Source: Setoptus koraiensis
Lineage: Eukaryota; Animalia; Arthropoda
Length of the DNA stretch: 64,000 bases
Direction: 5' to 3'
NCBI GenBank assembly: GCA_048013815.1
Contig: CM106585.1
Location: forward strand, 10,540,001 to 10,604,000
Shown here: piece by piece, positions 42,717 through 55,852 of the stretch
How the letters are laid out: the number at the start of each line of letters is the position of its first letter
Position numbering within the stretch: position 1 is the first letter of the stretch
Notes under the pieces: generated by a model
Told to the model about the DNA's origin: nothing
The model's database searches: none
What the model saw: the letters and a program-made list of their open reading frames with translations, nothing else
Translations under genes and position numbers: made by a program

Positions 42717-44885
42717 ATGTCGTCGGATAATTTATGTCGGAATTTATCGAATGGCGAAATAGAACGTCGAATGAAATTATTAAATAATTTTAAGGATTTC
42801 ATGTGTGAAATGAACGAGCTGAGGAACAACAAGTGCTTGTGCGATTTCACAATAACTGTTGATGGTAGAACAATAGCGGTCCACAAAAATGTTCTCGCTG
42901 CCTCTTCTCCTTATTTCAAGGCAATGTTAACGAATGATTTCAAGGAATCTAGAGAGTCTAATGTAGTAATCGAAGACATAGAATTTGATCGTGTTCAATC
43001 GGTAATAGACTATTTCTACACGAGAGAGATAGATATTAACAAAGGAAATTTCATGTCGCTATACGAAGCTGCCTCAAAGATGCAGATACAGTCTTTGATG
43101 GTCGAATGCATTCGTTATCTGAATGAATATTTGGATGGCTCTAATTGTGTCGAAACTTTGAAGAACATTCAGCAGGAAGAACTCAATCAAGCGGCCAAGG
43201 ATTACATTTTGAAAAATCTACATATAATAACTGAAGAGCAAATAGTTCAACTATCATTTGAACAAATGATCGAATTCATGAGTAACGACAAACTGATGTC
43301 TAGAGAATGTGGAGCCCTCCGTTTTATATTGAAGTGGGCCCGTCTCACAAACATGAAGGATCAATTAGCCGATCTTGTTGAACAGATAAGATTTCCCTAC
43401 ATGAGTATTGAATGTTTTAAGGGAGTCATGAGAGACATCGACATTCTATCAAACATCAGATGCCGAGAATATGCCAAAAAAATGGAAAATTTCTGCTTAC
43501 ATTCCTCCAATTCTTCCGGCTTAGATGCTTCCACAATTGAACGTATGTTTCATGCGCGGGAACGCATCGGTACGGATATCTATTACTTTGTATACGACAA
43601 GAATGATGATGAGCTCACATACCGCAAGGAGGTCAATTTCCCTCATCTAGGACCAGTCTTAATCCGGAAGATTCCCATTTCGAGTAAAAAATTTGCGCTG
43701 GCCGTCTGGGACTGCGCCATCTATTTTGCTACTTGTTCCGCAGTAGAAGACGAAATAACGGATGAAGTGTTTCTCTTCCTCGCTGACCGACTCTTCCTTG
43801 CTGCCAACGAGCCTCGCCGCCGTATGCCGCGACTTGAACAGAACACCAAGATTCTAGGAATAACTGCTCTGGTAGGCCAACCATGTATCATTGCGTATAC
43901 ACCTGACAGATTGAAAGGCCAGTCAAATGCCAGAACTACTATTCAACGTTATGAGCCTCATACCGATTTGTGGATCAAATATAAGTGGCCATGGGATGAA
44001 GAAATCAAAGAATTTGGTCTAGTTTCATTGGCCAATATAATTTATGCCATTGGAGGTATACAACTACATAGCAATGATAGTTCAACAAGCTACCGTGAGG
44101 TGCGAAGCTTTGACGTTCAGAATGGACACTCGATAGATATTAAACCAATGAAGTACGCCCGAAAATCCCCAGGATGCTTAATATACGACGGGCATATCTT
44201 CGTTGTGGGGGGACAAAATGGCAACGAGTACCTGAAATGTTGCGAAAGATATGATATCAATCTTGACAAATGGGAGTCGATTGCACCCATGTCGGTGGCA
44301 AGAGCCGATCTGAGTCTAGTGGTAAAGAACAAAGTGATATTTGCCATCGGAGGCGTGACCAGGGACGGTCGGGCACATCAAGTGGAAGCCTACTTTCCAG
44401 AGACTAACAAGTGAGTGACTGAAGCAAAAATTTCACTTATCCGTTGATTCTCTTTCTAAAATATACTGTTTAAACATAAATTTATATTTTCGAGTATGAA
44501 TGTCGGCTACCAATGCTCTTAATGCTCTTAAAGAAGATGATTAGTCTCGAGAATGAACGTCTTGATTCTAATAGCTGAATGTATCGAAATTAAGCAGGCC
44601 GCCAACATCGAATATAACTGATTTCATAGGTTCTCTCATTAACACATATCCATCATACATTTACTTCCACCCGAATTCACTGTATTAATGGCTAGGTGGT
44701 TAGAATGTAGCTCACCAGATTACCTAGTTAGGTTGTCAGAAGAGTACAAAAAATGTATAGACTATCCCGGAGCGGCCTTAGCCGCCAGAAGATCACACCA
44801 ACCCTGCGCTGTCTGTCAAGGAATCGTTAGGTATCGTAAAAATGCGCGAAACGTGAATCGATGGTTCAAACAGCTGGGAAAGTAA
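42717..44885 (+). CDS. BTB-BACK-Kelch protein; exons 42717-44410, 44696-44885
   Basis: BTB (LCDFTITVDGRTIAVHKNVLAASSPYFKAML), BACK (EQIRFPYM) and Kelch repeats (IYAIGG, IFVVGG...CERYD...W, IFAIGG). Donor AA|GTGAGT at 44411 and acceptor TAG|G TGG restore the Kelch Trp. Confidence 0.88.
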
Positions 44886-45262
44886 AGTAGGGCGAAGAAA
44901 TACATTTGTGGTGTGGCCGACAGTTTGCGGCCACTGTCAATGTTGTTGCATAACGGTACTTGCCAGAATGGTGCTCGAGCAAAAATAATCTCTGTTGCCA
45001 TCAATATTACATGTTTACTCGATATTAATACTATTACAGCAACGTAGTAGTTTTGTAGATGTAACGTGATATAAACTTCCTGTATGTGTGATTGATTTTC
45101 TTCTTATCATATATCAACCGTGCAGAGTAGTAAATAAAAAACATAACAAACCAGAGATCAATCCAATCAGATTATAAGACTCATTTATCTACATCAGTTA
45201 CGAAGGTGTCGTTATTATTATTAAGAGTTAATAACCATTGAACAACGAGCCGGTTATAAATC

Positions 45263-46471
45263 ATGTCGTCACTGGTCAGAGGAGTATTTATTGTTGGTGC
45301 AAAACGGACGGCCTTCGGAACATTCGGTGGTAGCTTAAAAGATGTTGATGCTATAGAATTGGGTAGATTGGCAGCAGTGGCAGCCATAGAACAAGCCAAA
45401 ATTTCACCCGACGCCATTGATTCCGTTATAGTTGGTTGTGTCAATCAAGCCACCAACAAGGCCGGCCCCTACACAGCTAGACATGTGGGTCTGAAAGCCG
45501 GAGTGTCCATTAAAACGCCTTGTCTCACCGTGAATCGTCTCTGTGGAAGTGGCTTCCAAGCAATAGTCACCGGTAGCCAGGAGATTCTATTGGACGATGC
45601 CGAAATTGTTTTGTGCGGCTCAACTGAGAGCATGTCGCAAGCACCATTTATTCAAAGGAATTCTCGGTTTGGCGTAAGGTTTTCCAAAGCGCCCGATATG
45701 GAATGTAGTCTGTGGACGACACTAACCGATGAACATTGCAAAACCCCTATGGGTATCACGGCTGAGAATCTGGCTAAAAAATATAAACTGACTCGACAAG
45801 AAGTCGACGAGTTTGCCCTGTTGTCTCAGACTCGCTGGCGTCAGGCTCAAGAGGCTGGCCGCTTCAAAGAGGAAATCGTGCCTGTCACTTTGAAAGTGAG
45901 AAACAAGGAAACTGTTTTCGAAGTTGACGAACATCCACAGCAAACTTCTATGGAGTCATTATCGAAATTGCGCCCCTCATTCGACAAGGATGGTGTCTGC
46001 ACGGCTGGAAATTCGTCAGGTATCGGTGATGGTGGCGCCGCCGTTATTGTGGCCAGTGAGGAGGCAGTCAGAAATCACAATCTTAAGCCATTGGCCAGAA
46101 TAGTCGGCTATGCAGTTGTTGGATGTGAGCCTACCATTATGGGAATAGGTCCAGTTGATGCCATCAAAAAAGTGTGCGACGCTAATGGCTTGAATTTGGC
46201 GAACGATATTGATTTGGTCGATGTCAATGAGGCATTCTCATCGCAATTTCTGTCTGTAGCTAAAGAGTTGTCACTCGACATTAAAAAGACAAACGTGAAT
46301 GGTGGTGCAATTGCTCTAGCACATCCAGTTGGTGCTTCCGGTGGCAGGATTACAGCAAATCTGACTTATGAGCTAATCAAACGAAAGGCTAAATATGGTA
46401 TCGGGGCTGCTTGTATTGGTGGTGGTCAAGGTATTGCATTGTTGATTGAAAATATGTGCATCAACAAATGA
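45263..46471 (+). CDS. ACAA2: Mitochondrial 3-ketoacyl-CoA thiolase
   Basis: GAKRTAFGTFGG, active-site VNRLCGSGFQA, CTAGNSSGIGDG, NEAF, GGAIALAHPVGASG and ACIGGGQG. Confidence 0.96.
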   Translation: MSSLVRGVFIVGAKRTAFGTFGGSLKDVDAIELGRLAAVAAIEQAKISPDAIDSVIVGCVNQATNKAGPYTARHVGLKAGVSIKTPCLTVNRLCGSGFQAIVTGSQEILLDDAEIVLCGSTESMSQAPFIQRNSRFGVRFSKAPDMECSLWTTLTDEHCKTPMGITAENLAKKYKLTRQEVDEFALLSQTRWRQAQEAGRFKEEIVPVTLKVRNKETVFEVDEHPQQTSMESLSKLRPSFDKDGVCTAGNSSGIGDGGAAVIVASEEAVRNHNLKPLARIVGYAVVGCEPTIMGIGPVDAIKKVCDANGLNLANDIDLVDVNEAFSSQFLSVAKELSLDIKKTNVNGGAIALAHPVGASGGRITANLTYELIKRKAKYGIGAACIGGGQGIALLIENMCINK

Positions 46472-46855
46472 TACAGCTGTGTATTACTGAATTGTTCAAC
46501 TATACACAATAGTTTTTTACTGATACAATTTATATCAATTTATTACAAGGTCAGAACTTATATTTTCTTATGGCCAAAAATATCAAAGTTGATTAACCGT
46601 AATAAGAATTTTTCGATATTTTGCACACGAGTCCTCACGCGTATAGTCTGTTATACTTTCATGAATTTGTTTGGCATTCATCGCTTGAGTGAATTATGTC
46701 ACAGAACTCGCCTAGAAGAATTAAAAACATGATGTTACAGGGTTGGATTCACAGGAGTTAAAATCTCAGCTCGAACACATTTGTGGTAGATTGAAAAGGT
46801 CTATGAGAGTTTATGGAAGTTCCATTGAGGAAATTGGGTTTATTTTATTCTTCTT

Positions 46856-48492
46856 CTACTGTTCAGACAAGTATTGTTCTTTTAGTGTACTAGATCCAAG
46901 TATCATTCTATTGGATAGATGACAACCAACCAGTTGGCTATAGTCTAGGACAGCCTCTATCAATCGATTGATCGGTATATTAGATTTGCTTAGTATATCT
47001 AAAAATTTACCTATTGTTATGAGAGATCTCTCATCAAGAATAACGAGCCTAGGTAGGTGAGTCAATTTTGGCCGCACGAAGCCACTCTCTACATCGTCGG
47101 ACGAAAAACGAGCATATTTCGAATGATGCAGTTTCTCAAGACACTTGAAGGAATCAACGAATATATTTGTTTCCGGGCACAATAGTGATGAGGGCTGATA
47201 TTTGATCTTATATGACATCTTTGGGCAGGTGTGAATGTAAAATCCCATGTAGTAGTCAGTTATGTTGCTATTAATAATGTGCAAACTTCTCACCATGCTG
47301 ATCTCATGTAAGGCTGAATAAACGCCCAAATTCAGGAAAGAATATTCTGGATCATAGTATAGATACACGCTAGAGATGCAAGTTGTGAGTATATCTATAA
47401 CTCCAACTGCAATAAGCTTTGTGTTGTCGAGCCAATATTGACAATGGTGTGAACCGTATTCAAGTGGTAGCTGAGGTTTAGTATCATCCTCATCATGAGT
47501 TGCATTGAGATTTTTGAGTATTTTCTTCTTGATGATAGGGCTCTCAATAAGAAATTGCTTATACCTTTTCATTGTCCAATCATCTTCCTTGTGTATGGAT
47601 AACTGATACTTTTGAAGCACATCTAATTCAATATCGCGAGATGCATGACATTCATCTGAGGTGACATGATGAATCCTCAATTCTAAAGTGTGACATGCTT
47701 TTTGCGGTGCCTTTCGAGGATACAAATGATCTTCTAATGATTTCTGGGCGAAACGTTCGCGTCTCCTTTTGCTTTTGTTGATGATAAAGTTATAAGCCTC
47801 CTCATGTGAATATTTTCTCACCTCGGCAAGTCTGTGTATCCTTCGAAGGAGGCGCTTGCTTTTCATTTTACAACTATTTTGCAGATACTCTAATGTTTTG
47901 ATGGTTTCTGTGTTCTGGTTGTGCCGGGTAAAACGACCATTCTTGCAAATGTTTTGGTCAACTTTCAAATGTTCGGTCGAATTAATTTTGGAGCCGTCAC
48001 TCACTGAGCCTACGGCGAAATGTGAAGTTGATCCCTCAGGTTTGTAGTCGTCTTTCTGAGGAGACACTCTAGGCTTAACTCCATAGTGTAAAAAATTGTT
48101 CATATTTCTAATACATCGCCTTTGTGATTTATCCGGTTTAAATCTGAGCGCATCACACGATATGGTATATGAAGGACAACAAATAATACTATTTATCGGT
48201 TTGTAACAATATTTGCCGCTCCTTCTCCATCCTCTATTGAGCAAAATCTGGTAATCTTCGGCCGCCAAGAGCTCAGCCCACAGTGCTTTAGGTGTAAAAC
48301 GACGAAGAAGAGGAATAGATCAGATTAATTAGTACGAACAAATATAAGTGAAAATATAAATACTATGATGAAAACAGATATAATTTGCTCACCATGACTA
48401 CTCATGGAACCATTTCGGCAATAGCCACAATGTTCCCGCTTTTGTGTTCCCAAATAATGAACCAAACTCATTGGTGTATCCCTCCCAGACAT
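46856..48492 (-). CDS. ATE1: Arginyl-tRNA-protein transferase 1; exons 48492-48393, 48285-46856
   Basis: CGYC, DYQILLNRGWRRSGKYCYKP, CCPSYTI, YGSHHCQYWLD...IAVGVIDIL, SVYLYYDPEY and YYMGFYIHTCPKMSYK. Confidence 0.96.
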
Positions 48493-49106
48493 GATGAATT
48501 TGAACAAATGTTGTTATTTGAATTATTTAGATTATGTAGATTTAATTAAAATAAACAAAACGCTTTCCAACAAATGAAATGTAAATGTTATGTATTTACG
48601 TTTACACATGTAAAAATAGGCCAAACGTCAGTATCCAATAAACAAAGCAAACGTGTTTGCGATTATCGGTCATTTGTGTGTGTTGCACAGTTGTGAGTTT
48701 TTCAGTTTGTGCAACATATGATCGGCGTCAAATACCAAAGAGTTGATTTCGTTCGCGTAATCACTCACCCGACACAAACACGATAATCTGACAGTGCCAC
48801 TTGTTATACATTGTAGAAGGAAAAATATTTATTATTATATCGACCACATCTAACCTGGACACAGATGTATTGTGGTGTCACGAGATGAGGCCATAACATT
48901 AGTCTAGCCATCGCATTTACATGGGGCGCTCAAGACAGGTCTATCTCTCCTCTTTTACACCACTATTGGGATCACGATTAATAGACATCAGTATCAGGAC
49001 GACTATGCCATCGAATAGATAGCTGCATCTCTATTATCGTCCATTGTTTATTAGAGATATTTTTCTAAATTACCACCTAAGGTTAAAGCAGTTTTTCTTT
49101 TCCAAA

Positions 49107-51071
49107 ATGGACAAGTATAAGACAAGAATGGCTTCATTCCGATACAGGAGATTCGACCCGTGAGTTTACGCAGTAGCTCTATGGGTATTATAATCTAAGA
49201 ATATATGCTGATGAATATTTACCCCAATCCTGATACCATTGAGCAGTCCACTCATTATAGTCACCCTCATAGTGATGAGTTTATTTTCTGTATCTAATCA
49301 TCATCTCTGCTCTCGCCAATGACCTTATTAATATTTACAGCAACCTGACGTGGCTTCAACAGTTATCATCGCACTATCTGGTGAAAAACGAGAAGTTTCT
49401 TATTTGTTTAGGTATGTAAATTTAGAGAAACTGGTCAGACAATTCATAGATATTATTGGGTAGCACCACTAGTCAAAAATCTCGTTACTTGTCAAAATAT
49501 CAATTATTAACACTAAATCTCTTTCTTAATTCTTGGTTAAACATTATAATAAATTCTCAGCCTTGTTATCACTGAGCCTTTTTTGCTTCACAACCCTACT
49601 TAACTCGCCTAATTATTATACTAGAACAAATTCCGATGTCGAAAACACTGACAACTATGCTGTCGTCGTCGACTGTGGTAGCTCTGGCTCTAGAGCACAT
49701 ATTTACACATGGCCAGATTTAATTTCCATTGAAAACCCTCTTGGTTTGCCCGACATAAAACCTCTCAGGGACAGTGATGGTACTGAATGTATCAAAAAGA
49801 TAGAACCTGGATTGTCTACCGTCCAAGATAACCCAGACGAAGCTTCCAGGTATATAAGTCCTCTGATGGATTTTATTAGTCAAAACATTCCTCAAGAGAG
49901 ACATAACGAAACTCAGATTCACATATTGGCCACAGCCGGTATGCGTTTGTTAGGGAATCGTACGCAATATGAAATTATGTCTGATCTTGAAAACGATCTC
50001 CCTAAACAGTACAAATTTACTAAAATCAAAGCGCGAGTTCTAAGTGGCCAAGAAGAAGGAGTATACTCATGGGTAGCCATTAATTTCAAGGCAAATCGAT
50101 TCGACGAAAGTTCTGACGATATTTCGGAAATTGCGAAAGTGCCTGACAATGCTGTAGCTAGGAGAACAATTGGAATAATTGAAATGGGGGGAGCTTCCGC
50201 TCAGGTAGCGTTTCAGTTGGATACTGATGAGAGCTCATTTGAAAGGAAATTCCTCATCAATTCCCCAGAATTAACTAAAGATAGTATCAAGGAAGTCGAT
50301 TTAAGCAGACACGGCGTTAAACATAGCTACAAGTTGTTTGTAAATACGTTCTTGGGGGTAGGTGTAAACAGCGCCAGGGAAGCAGCAGTGGATCTTTTAG
50401 TGGAGACGATGTTGAAAAATAACAAAAGCATAGATATTGAATCTGTCACATCATTGACGTTATTAGATCCTTGTTTACCTAAGGAGGCAGAAGAGGTAGT
50501 CAAGAGACCTAGGGGGTTGTTATCTAGACATCCGAAGAAGAAGACTATAGGCTTTAGAAATGACGAAAATGGCTCAACTATTGATATTATTCTTAAGGGA
50601 AGTGGCAGCATGAAACAGTGTATGGTCCATTTGACTAAGTTAATAGATGTTGTGAGGGAAGAAAACATGAACTGCGATAGTATATCAAGCTGTCCTATGG
50701 CATTGCTGAAAACGGATTTCATTCCCTTCGACAGTCACGAGTTTTATGGTCTCAGTGAGTTTTTTTACAGCACTGATGAGTTAATCAATTCTGCCGGACC
50801 ATTCAATAGAGGCCAAATACTCTCCAGAACAAATCAGATATGTCTCTCGTCCTTGAGCCAATTACAATCTCAGTTCCCGTATTTTAATAGACACAAACCT
50901 TCACGCATTCTACATGAGTGTTTTAAGGCAACGTGGATAATAACTTTTTTAGAGCACGGTCTTAACATGCCAAAACAATACAGTAACTTCAGGACAGTTG
51001 AGCGAATCAATGGCGAAGAAATTGACTGGACACTAGGTGTTGTAATTGAGAAATCGACGAAGGTAGAGTGA
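49107..51071 (+). CDS. Ectonucleoside triphosphate diphosphohydrolase, ENTPD4/7-like; exons 49107-49159, 49341-49411, 49561-51071
   Basis: Apyrase conserved regions VVVDCGSSGSR, LATAGMR, GQEEGVYSW, IEMGGASAQ and WTLG. The two small 5' exons are inferred from phase-compatible GT-AG sites and complete one N-terminal TM helix. Confidence 0.9.
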
Positions 51072-51345
51072 GAGTTTATTCCATTGTTGTGCCATTCTAA
51101 TCACTCAATAGAATGTTAATAAATTGTCCAACAAATGATTGTTTGTATAACTTAGAAATGAGATGATCTTGAATTCGATCTCTTTCCTTAGTGTAGCTTG
51201 GCTTTAGTTCAATAATAGAAGTCTTTGGTCAAATTACTCCCGTTAGTTTCGTTGTTGATCCAAACAGGTTCTGGTGCTCTGAATGAAGTGGATATCATCC
51301 GTTTCACTTCATCATTCGAAGATTGAATATTCGATGTGTTTGTTT

Positions 51346-54300
51346 CTAGCGAACAAACTCGAACTCAGTCTTCAATATATAACGGATTTTCGCTTGCGCC
51401 TCATTGTAGATGATGAACTCATTGTACAACAATTGGCTCTTGACACCTTTGTTTGGTATTCCTTTACCCATTGGAACCACCAAACCTTTCTCAATATTCT
51501 TGTATGTAGATGGGTCGGCTACTGTTTTACCTACACCCATAACACTGTTACAATCATCTGGAATACCTTTGGGAAACTCAGGTACGCTAGCTGTAACTTT
51601 GTGCATCTTTCCTAGCGCCACTTCGCAAAGTAGTACCAAGCCCGTTTTATTATCAGGATTGGCCATACAGTAGTTGGCAGCTTTTGATACCATGTCCGCA
51701 AAATAGATTCCCTTACCGAACATATAACCGGTAACTGGTGCTTCCGGTGGAGCTATTCGCAGACCTTGCGATAATATACCCGCATAGTTAGTGATTCTTG
51801 AACCATGCCATATTAGAGATCTATCTAAACCTTTAAATTGCTCGAATCTCTCAATATCCTCTTTTCGTGAAACACAGATTATCTCTTGTACATTCAATTT
51901 GTAGTTATTGTGAGTGACGGCATGCGATATTCTGGCATATTCTGTGATCATAGCATATTCAGGAGATTCCTTGGACAAAACGCTCATCTCACAGTCTAGT
52001 TTTATATAGTACTGATCAACAGGTTGAACTTCTCCATCGTTCTCTATATGAGAGCACATATCATAGGCTATCTCGATCTCAGCCAATGCAGCCAACATTT
52101 CATTCTTTTCTTCAATTTCTTTGACTGAACTGATCAGTTTCACCTTTCCATCTCCAAAAGAGTGTGGTATATGGGAATAAAGTTTGTTAGTTAGCGCTAT
52201 TATCTCCTTCTTGTTGGGTTTGGTGTCATCTTTAGGCGAAATAGCTGTCTCCAATTCTTTGAGAACTGACATTGCCTCAAGAATATGTACTTTAGATAAC
52301 TTTCCAAGAGGCATTTTGGTAGTGTCTAGTTCGAATTCAAGCATGGCTCTTCGCATTCTATTGATGTCGAATATACAACTTATGAGATCCTGAATTTCTC
52401 TACTCAACAAAGATTTGTTAGAATAATGAAGCTCTTCCTGATTACCATTGTTCTCGTTCCCCCCGTAGTCCAACTCAATCGGGAAATAGAACCCATGCTT
52501 CTTTACAAAACGATCTCTTTCTTGCCATGAATTATTAGTTCGTTCTTTATAAAGCTTTTCAAATTCATATACAGCATCCTCTGAGTTCTTGTAGTCTGCT
52601 TGTGTATCTCCACCGACTTCACAGCCTATTCTACCCCACGATCTGAATAAAGTGAACAGTTTCTTTTTGCCTTCGTGCTCAATAATTTGCATCTTGTAGA
52701 ATGAATTTTTGTCCTTTTCCACATCAACACAATTCAAGACGACAGAGTAGGTAGAACTCCCTTTCTTGTATATCTTTCCGGTGTGCTGCAAGCCAGATAA
52801 TGGATCTACGGCATTACCGTCTTTTATCACTAAAGTTTGAGATTTCGCAACGCTTCCAGACTTATAAAGTTTTGTATTAGAAGCGGATGATTTGGTCTTG
52901 ATTTTCTCTTTGATTTGCTTTACATTCATTTTCGCATAACGTTGTTCGAAATCTCCGTCCCACTCACTTAGAAGGCATTCTTGTAAGTATTTTGGTACAT
53001 CTTCCGGCTTCTTCACTTTGAATAGAAAATCGGGAGACACTATAGGAATCTTAGCGGCCATGGCAGTCTCAACTTTGACCAGTTCCTTTTCTATCTCTTG
53101 CTTCGAGGCCATAAGTACAAATAGAGATTTATCGATGCTTGTTTGTATGGTACCCCCAAGTGATTTGATTTTGCTCTCGATCTTTGATCGGTCCGGTTTG
53201 AGAGTTTTCCACTGGGAGACACCGATCATTAATCCCTCAAGAGGAGCAAGAGGGTCTAATTTTGGATTTATTTCCGAGTCTTTGGCTTCAATGGCTCGTA
53301 CAAAATTGCTTGGAAATATTCTTTTGCCTGGCTTGAACTTATAAGTAGTTGCGAAGAAGGGGTACTTTTCGACAATTTCCTCTGGTACGTTCGGCGGACC
53401 ACGAGGTGGATCTCTTGTTTCTTCATCACAGGAAGCCCATTCGCCTCCACCAGTACATATGTAGGCGCTCCCACGGAGAATAAAGTGGCCACCGCACTTT
53501 TTACAGTTTGACAGCGGTCCGAATAGTAGGACGTCGGCGGCATGATCAACCAATGATGAGGTTTTCGTAAAGTTATTTTTCTGATTCATCGCATGCAACA
53601 TTTCGACAACATCGGCCTTTTTCATTTTACCCACGACCTCCTTGAGAGCAAAGTATTTATCGGATTGTTTTCGAAGTAGTTTGTCCTCTTTTAATTTCTG
53701 AGCATTGTCCTCGGCTTCCTTCTTATCAACCTTTCCATTTGTCTCTTGTTTCACCTTCTTGTTGGTTGTCGCACTTTCTACACTCTTGTCCTTTTTTATT
53801 GGCTTGATAGCTTTTTTGAGTTGTTTTTGTTCGTCTTCCTCAAGATCAGTGAAGCCAGGAATTTTCTCTACAACACCTTCGGCGAAGTCTAGAGAGGCAC
53901 GTCCATTGCTGAAACAGCCAACATGGAACCACCTCGGCACAGGACCGTTGCTCCAGAAACTTGTTTCTGCCTCATAATCTAGCTTGCAGATCCTGAGAAC
54001 GCCCTTTTCTATTTTTTCTTCGCAAAGTTGGCATTCGGAACGATTTGATTTAGCCGGTTCCACTTTAAAGTCAGTATAGGTGACTCCTGAAGATCCACCG
54101 TCCAGTTTCCTCTTTGAGCCTTTACTTGCCTTTTTCTTACCCTTGGGGTCTTCATCGACATCACCGGCATCTTGACCGAGAACTGAAGCTCCGTTCGTTT
54201 CTACGGCCTTCTCTAGCAGTTTCTGATCCTCGTATTTGAGTTTTTCAAAATGGGCAATATCTGCCACAGTTTTTGGCCGTTTAATCTCGAAGAAACATTC

Positions 54301-54477
54301 CAAATGATGAGATTTTGCGTCCATGCCATCGTGGAAACGCGATTTAACCATGTAAGACATTTTGAGGCTGTCCTTTTCAATGGACAAATCACATTTTTTA
54401 CATTTTGCCCGGCTAGTGGGGGCATATTCTGCACGATAAGGCAATTGTTGTCGGTTTGCGGACTCGGGTCCTTCCAT
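51346..54477 (-). CDS. PARP1: Poly(ADP-ribose) polymerase 1
   Basis: Two zinc fingers (YRAEYAPTSRAKCKKC; KVEPAKSNRSECQLC), ZnF3, BRCT, WGR (LFRSWGRIG), and the catalytic segments WHGSR, GYMFGKGIYFADMVSKAANY and YNEFIIY. ATG at 54477; intronless. Confidence 0.98.
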   Translation of the reverse strand: MEGPESANRQQLPYRAEYAPTSRAKCKKCDLSIEKDSLKMSYMVKSRFHDGMDAKSHHLECFFEIKRPKTVADIAHFEKLKYEDQKLLEKAVETNGASVLGQDAGDVDEDPKGKKKASKGSKRKLDGGSSGVTYTDFKVEPAKSNRSECQLCEEKIEKGVLRICKLDYEAETSFWSNGPVPRWFHVGCFSNGRASLDFAEGVVEKIPGFTDLEEDEQKQLKKAIKPIKKDKSVESATTNKKVKQETNGKVDKKEAEDNAQKLKEDKLLRKQSDKYFALKEVVGKMKKADVVEMLHAMNQKNNFTKTSSLVDHAADVLLFGPLSNCKKCGGHFILRGSAYICTGGGEWASCDEETRDPPRGPPNVPEEIVEKYPFFATTYKFKPGKRIFPSNFVRAIEAKDSEINPKLDPLAPLEGLMIGVSQWKTLKPDRSKIESKIKSLGGTIQTSIDKSLFVLMASKQEIEKELVKVETAMAAKIPIVSPDFLFKVKKPEDVPKYLQECLLSEWDGDFEQRYAKMNVKQIKEKIKTKSSASNTKLYKSGSVAKSQTLVIKDGNAVDPLSGLQHTGKIYKKGSSTYSVVLNCVDVEKDKNSFYKMQIIEHEGKKKLFTLFRSWGRIGCEVGGDTQADYKNSEDAVYEFEKLYKERTNNSWQERDRFVKKHGFYFPIELDYGGNENNGNQEELHYSNKSLLSREIQDLISCIFDINRMRRAMLEFELDTTKMPLGKLSKVHILEAMSVLKELETAISPKDDTKPNKKEIIALTNKLYSHIPHSFGDGKVKLISSVKEIEEKNEMLAALAEIEIAYDMCSHIENDGEVQPVDQYYIKLDCEMSVLSKESPEYAMITEYARISHAVTHNNYKLNVQEIICVSRKEDIERFEQFKGLDRSLIWHGSRITNYAGILSQGLRIAPPEAPVTGYMFGKGIYFADMVSKAANYCMANPDNKTGLVLLCEVALGKMHKVTASVPEFPKGIPDDCNSVMGVGKTVADPSTYKNIEKGLVVPMGKGIPNKGVKSQLLYNEFIIYNEAQAKIRYILKTEFEFVR

Positions 54478-55027
54478 CACGAGCCACGTCACTATTGTGT
54501 AATGTAATTGGAGTTGGGACTGATCACAAGGTTTGATTTTGTATTGGCAAATGCTTTAATTGATCACAAATGTATATACCAGTTTTTTTTTATTTTCTTC
54601 TTTTCCTAAATGAGCGTTACATTGACGTTGGCAGGCTTCTCGTGACGAAATGCCAACGGTAAATTTTCTTTTTTTGTGAGCACGCTTGCAGAACAACACA
54701 CCTGGCAGCGCCTCTAGCGTGGATTTTTCAACGAAATATACGAAGTATAGGCAATTGATTGATGCGATTACAGTCCACCTCGTTCTTGTTTAGAAACTCT
54801 ACCACCAGGGCTCGTGCAGATTATCCTCGGTATTGGCTCCACGTGATATACAGTCGCGAAACAGTAAAGGTATATTATCGGCCGGCTTAATGGTGAAATT
54901 ATTATTTATATATATAGAATATCATTGAAAATAAACTTGTATTATTATTATTACCATATCACTAACTAGTACCATCAGTACAAAATTATAACAGACCACT
55001 CAATCAGACTAGCCCCGGACAGATAAG

Positions 55028-55438
55028 ATGAACACTGCGGATATTATACAACACCAAGCGTGTGATGCCTCAACAAAATTCGCCCAGATATTTTATCAGA
55101 AACTAGATTCAAAAGAGTCCCGAGACACTTTAGGCGAGCTATATCTAGAGAGTGCCACGCTTTTATGGAATGGAGAATGTATAAAGGGCAGAACGGAAAT
55201 TATCAAGCATTACAAGAATCTTCCTCCTACCAGTATAGCTTTACAATCTGTTGATACACAAACAATGCCAATGATGGGTGATTTGGGCGATCTACTAACA
55301 ATAATAGTGGGCGGAAAAATATCGTATACATCAAGTGGGAACACTAATAAAGAGACAACATTTGGACAAACGTTTCTAGTGGTGGCACATAACGGATTGT
55401 TCAAGATTGTTAGCGACAATCTCAGGCTTCAGAATTGA
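55028..55438 (+). CDS. NXT1: NTF2-related export protein
   Basis: FAQIFYQKLD...LYLESATLLWNG...LPPT...SVDTQ...FGQTF...KIVSDNLR. Confidence 0.92.
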   Translation: MNTADIIQHQACDASTKFAQIFYQKLDSKESRDTLGELYLESATLLWNGECIKGRTEIIKHYKNLPPTSIALQSVDTQTMPMMGDLGDLLTIIVGGKISYTSSGNTNKETTFGQTFLVVAHNGLFKIVSDNLRLQN

Positions 55439-55852
55439 CTTGATTAAAATGGTAATCATCTAAAAGCGAACAGAAAACAAAAATGAAAAAACGTATTTAC
55501 GTGTACATTCTCTTAATTTTACAATCAATATTTTGCATTATTTTTGTTGTCATTTAAAATTACTCATAGTTGAATCAGAGTTTAAGGTTGCAGCTCGAAA
55601 TTAAATAAAGCATTAGAGTTTAATGCAACATAAGCGCACACTAGCCTCTCAATTTTGATCTCCAATATCTTTGGTCATGGTGAATAGCATCTAGATACAT
55701 AATTGTGTTGTTTCTTTCATCATAGCATAGATATAAGTGTTTGTCGGATGATCAATTGTCGGGCTTTGCTTGACGTAATTGTTTGTTGGAAACGAATCGG
55801 ATTTATTAGAATGTGACATTTGTAAAAAAGCGGGCGAAAGGAACAAGACTTA

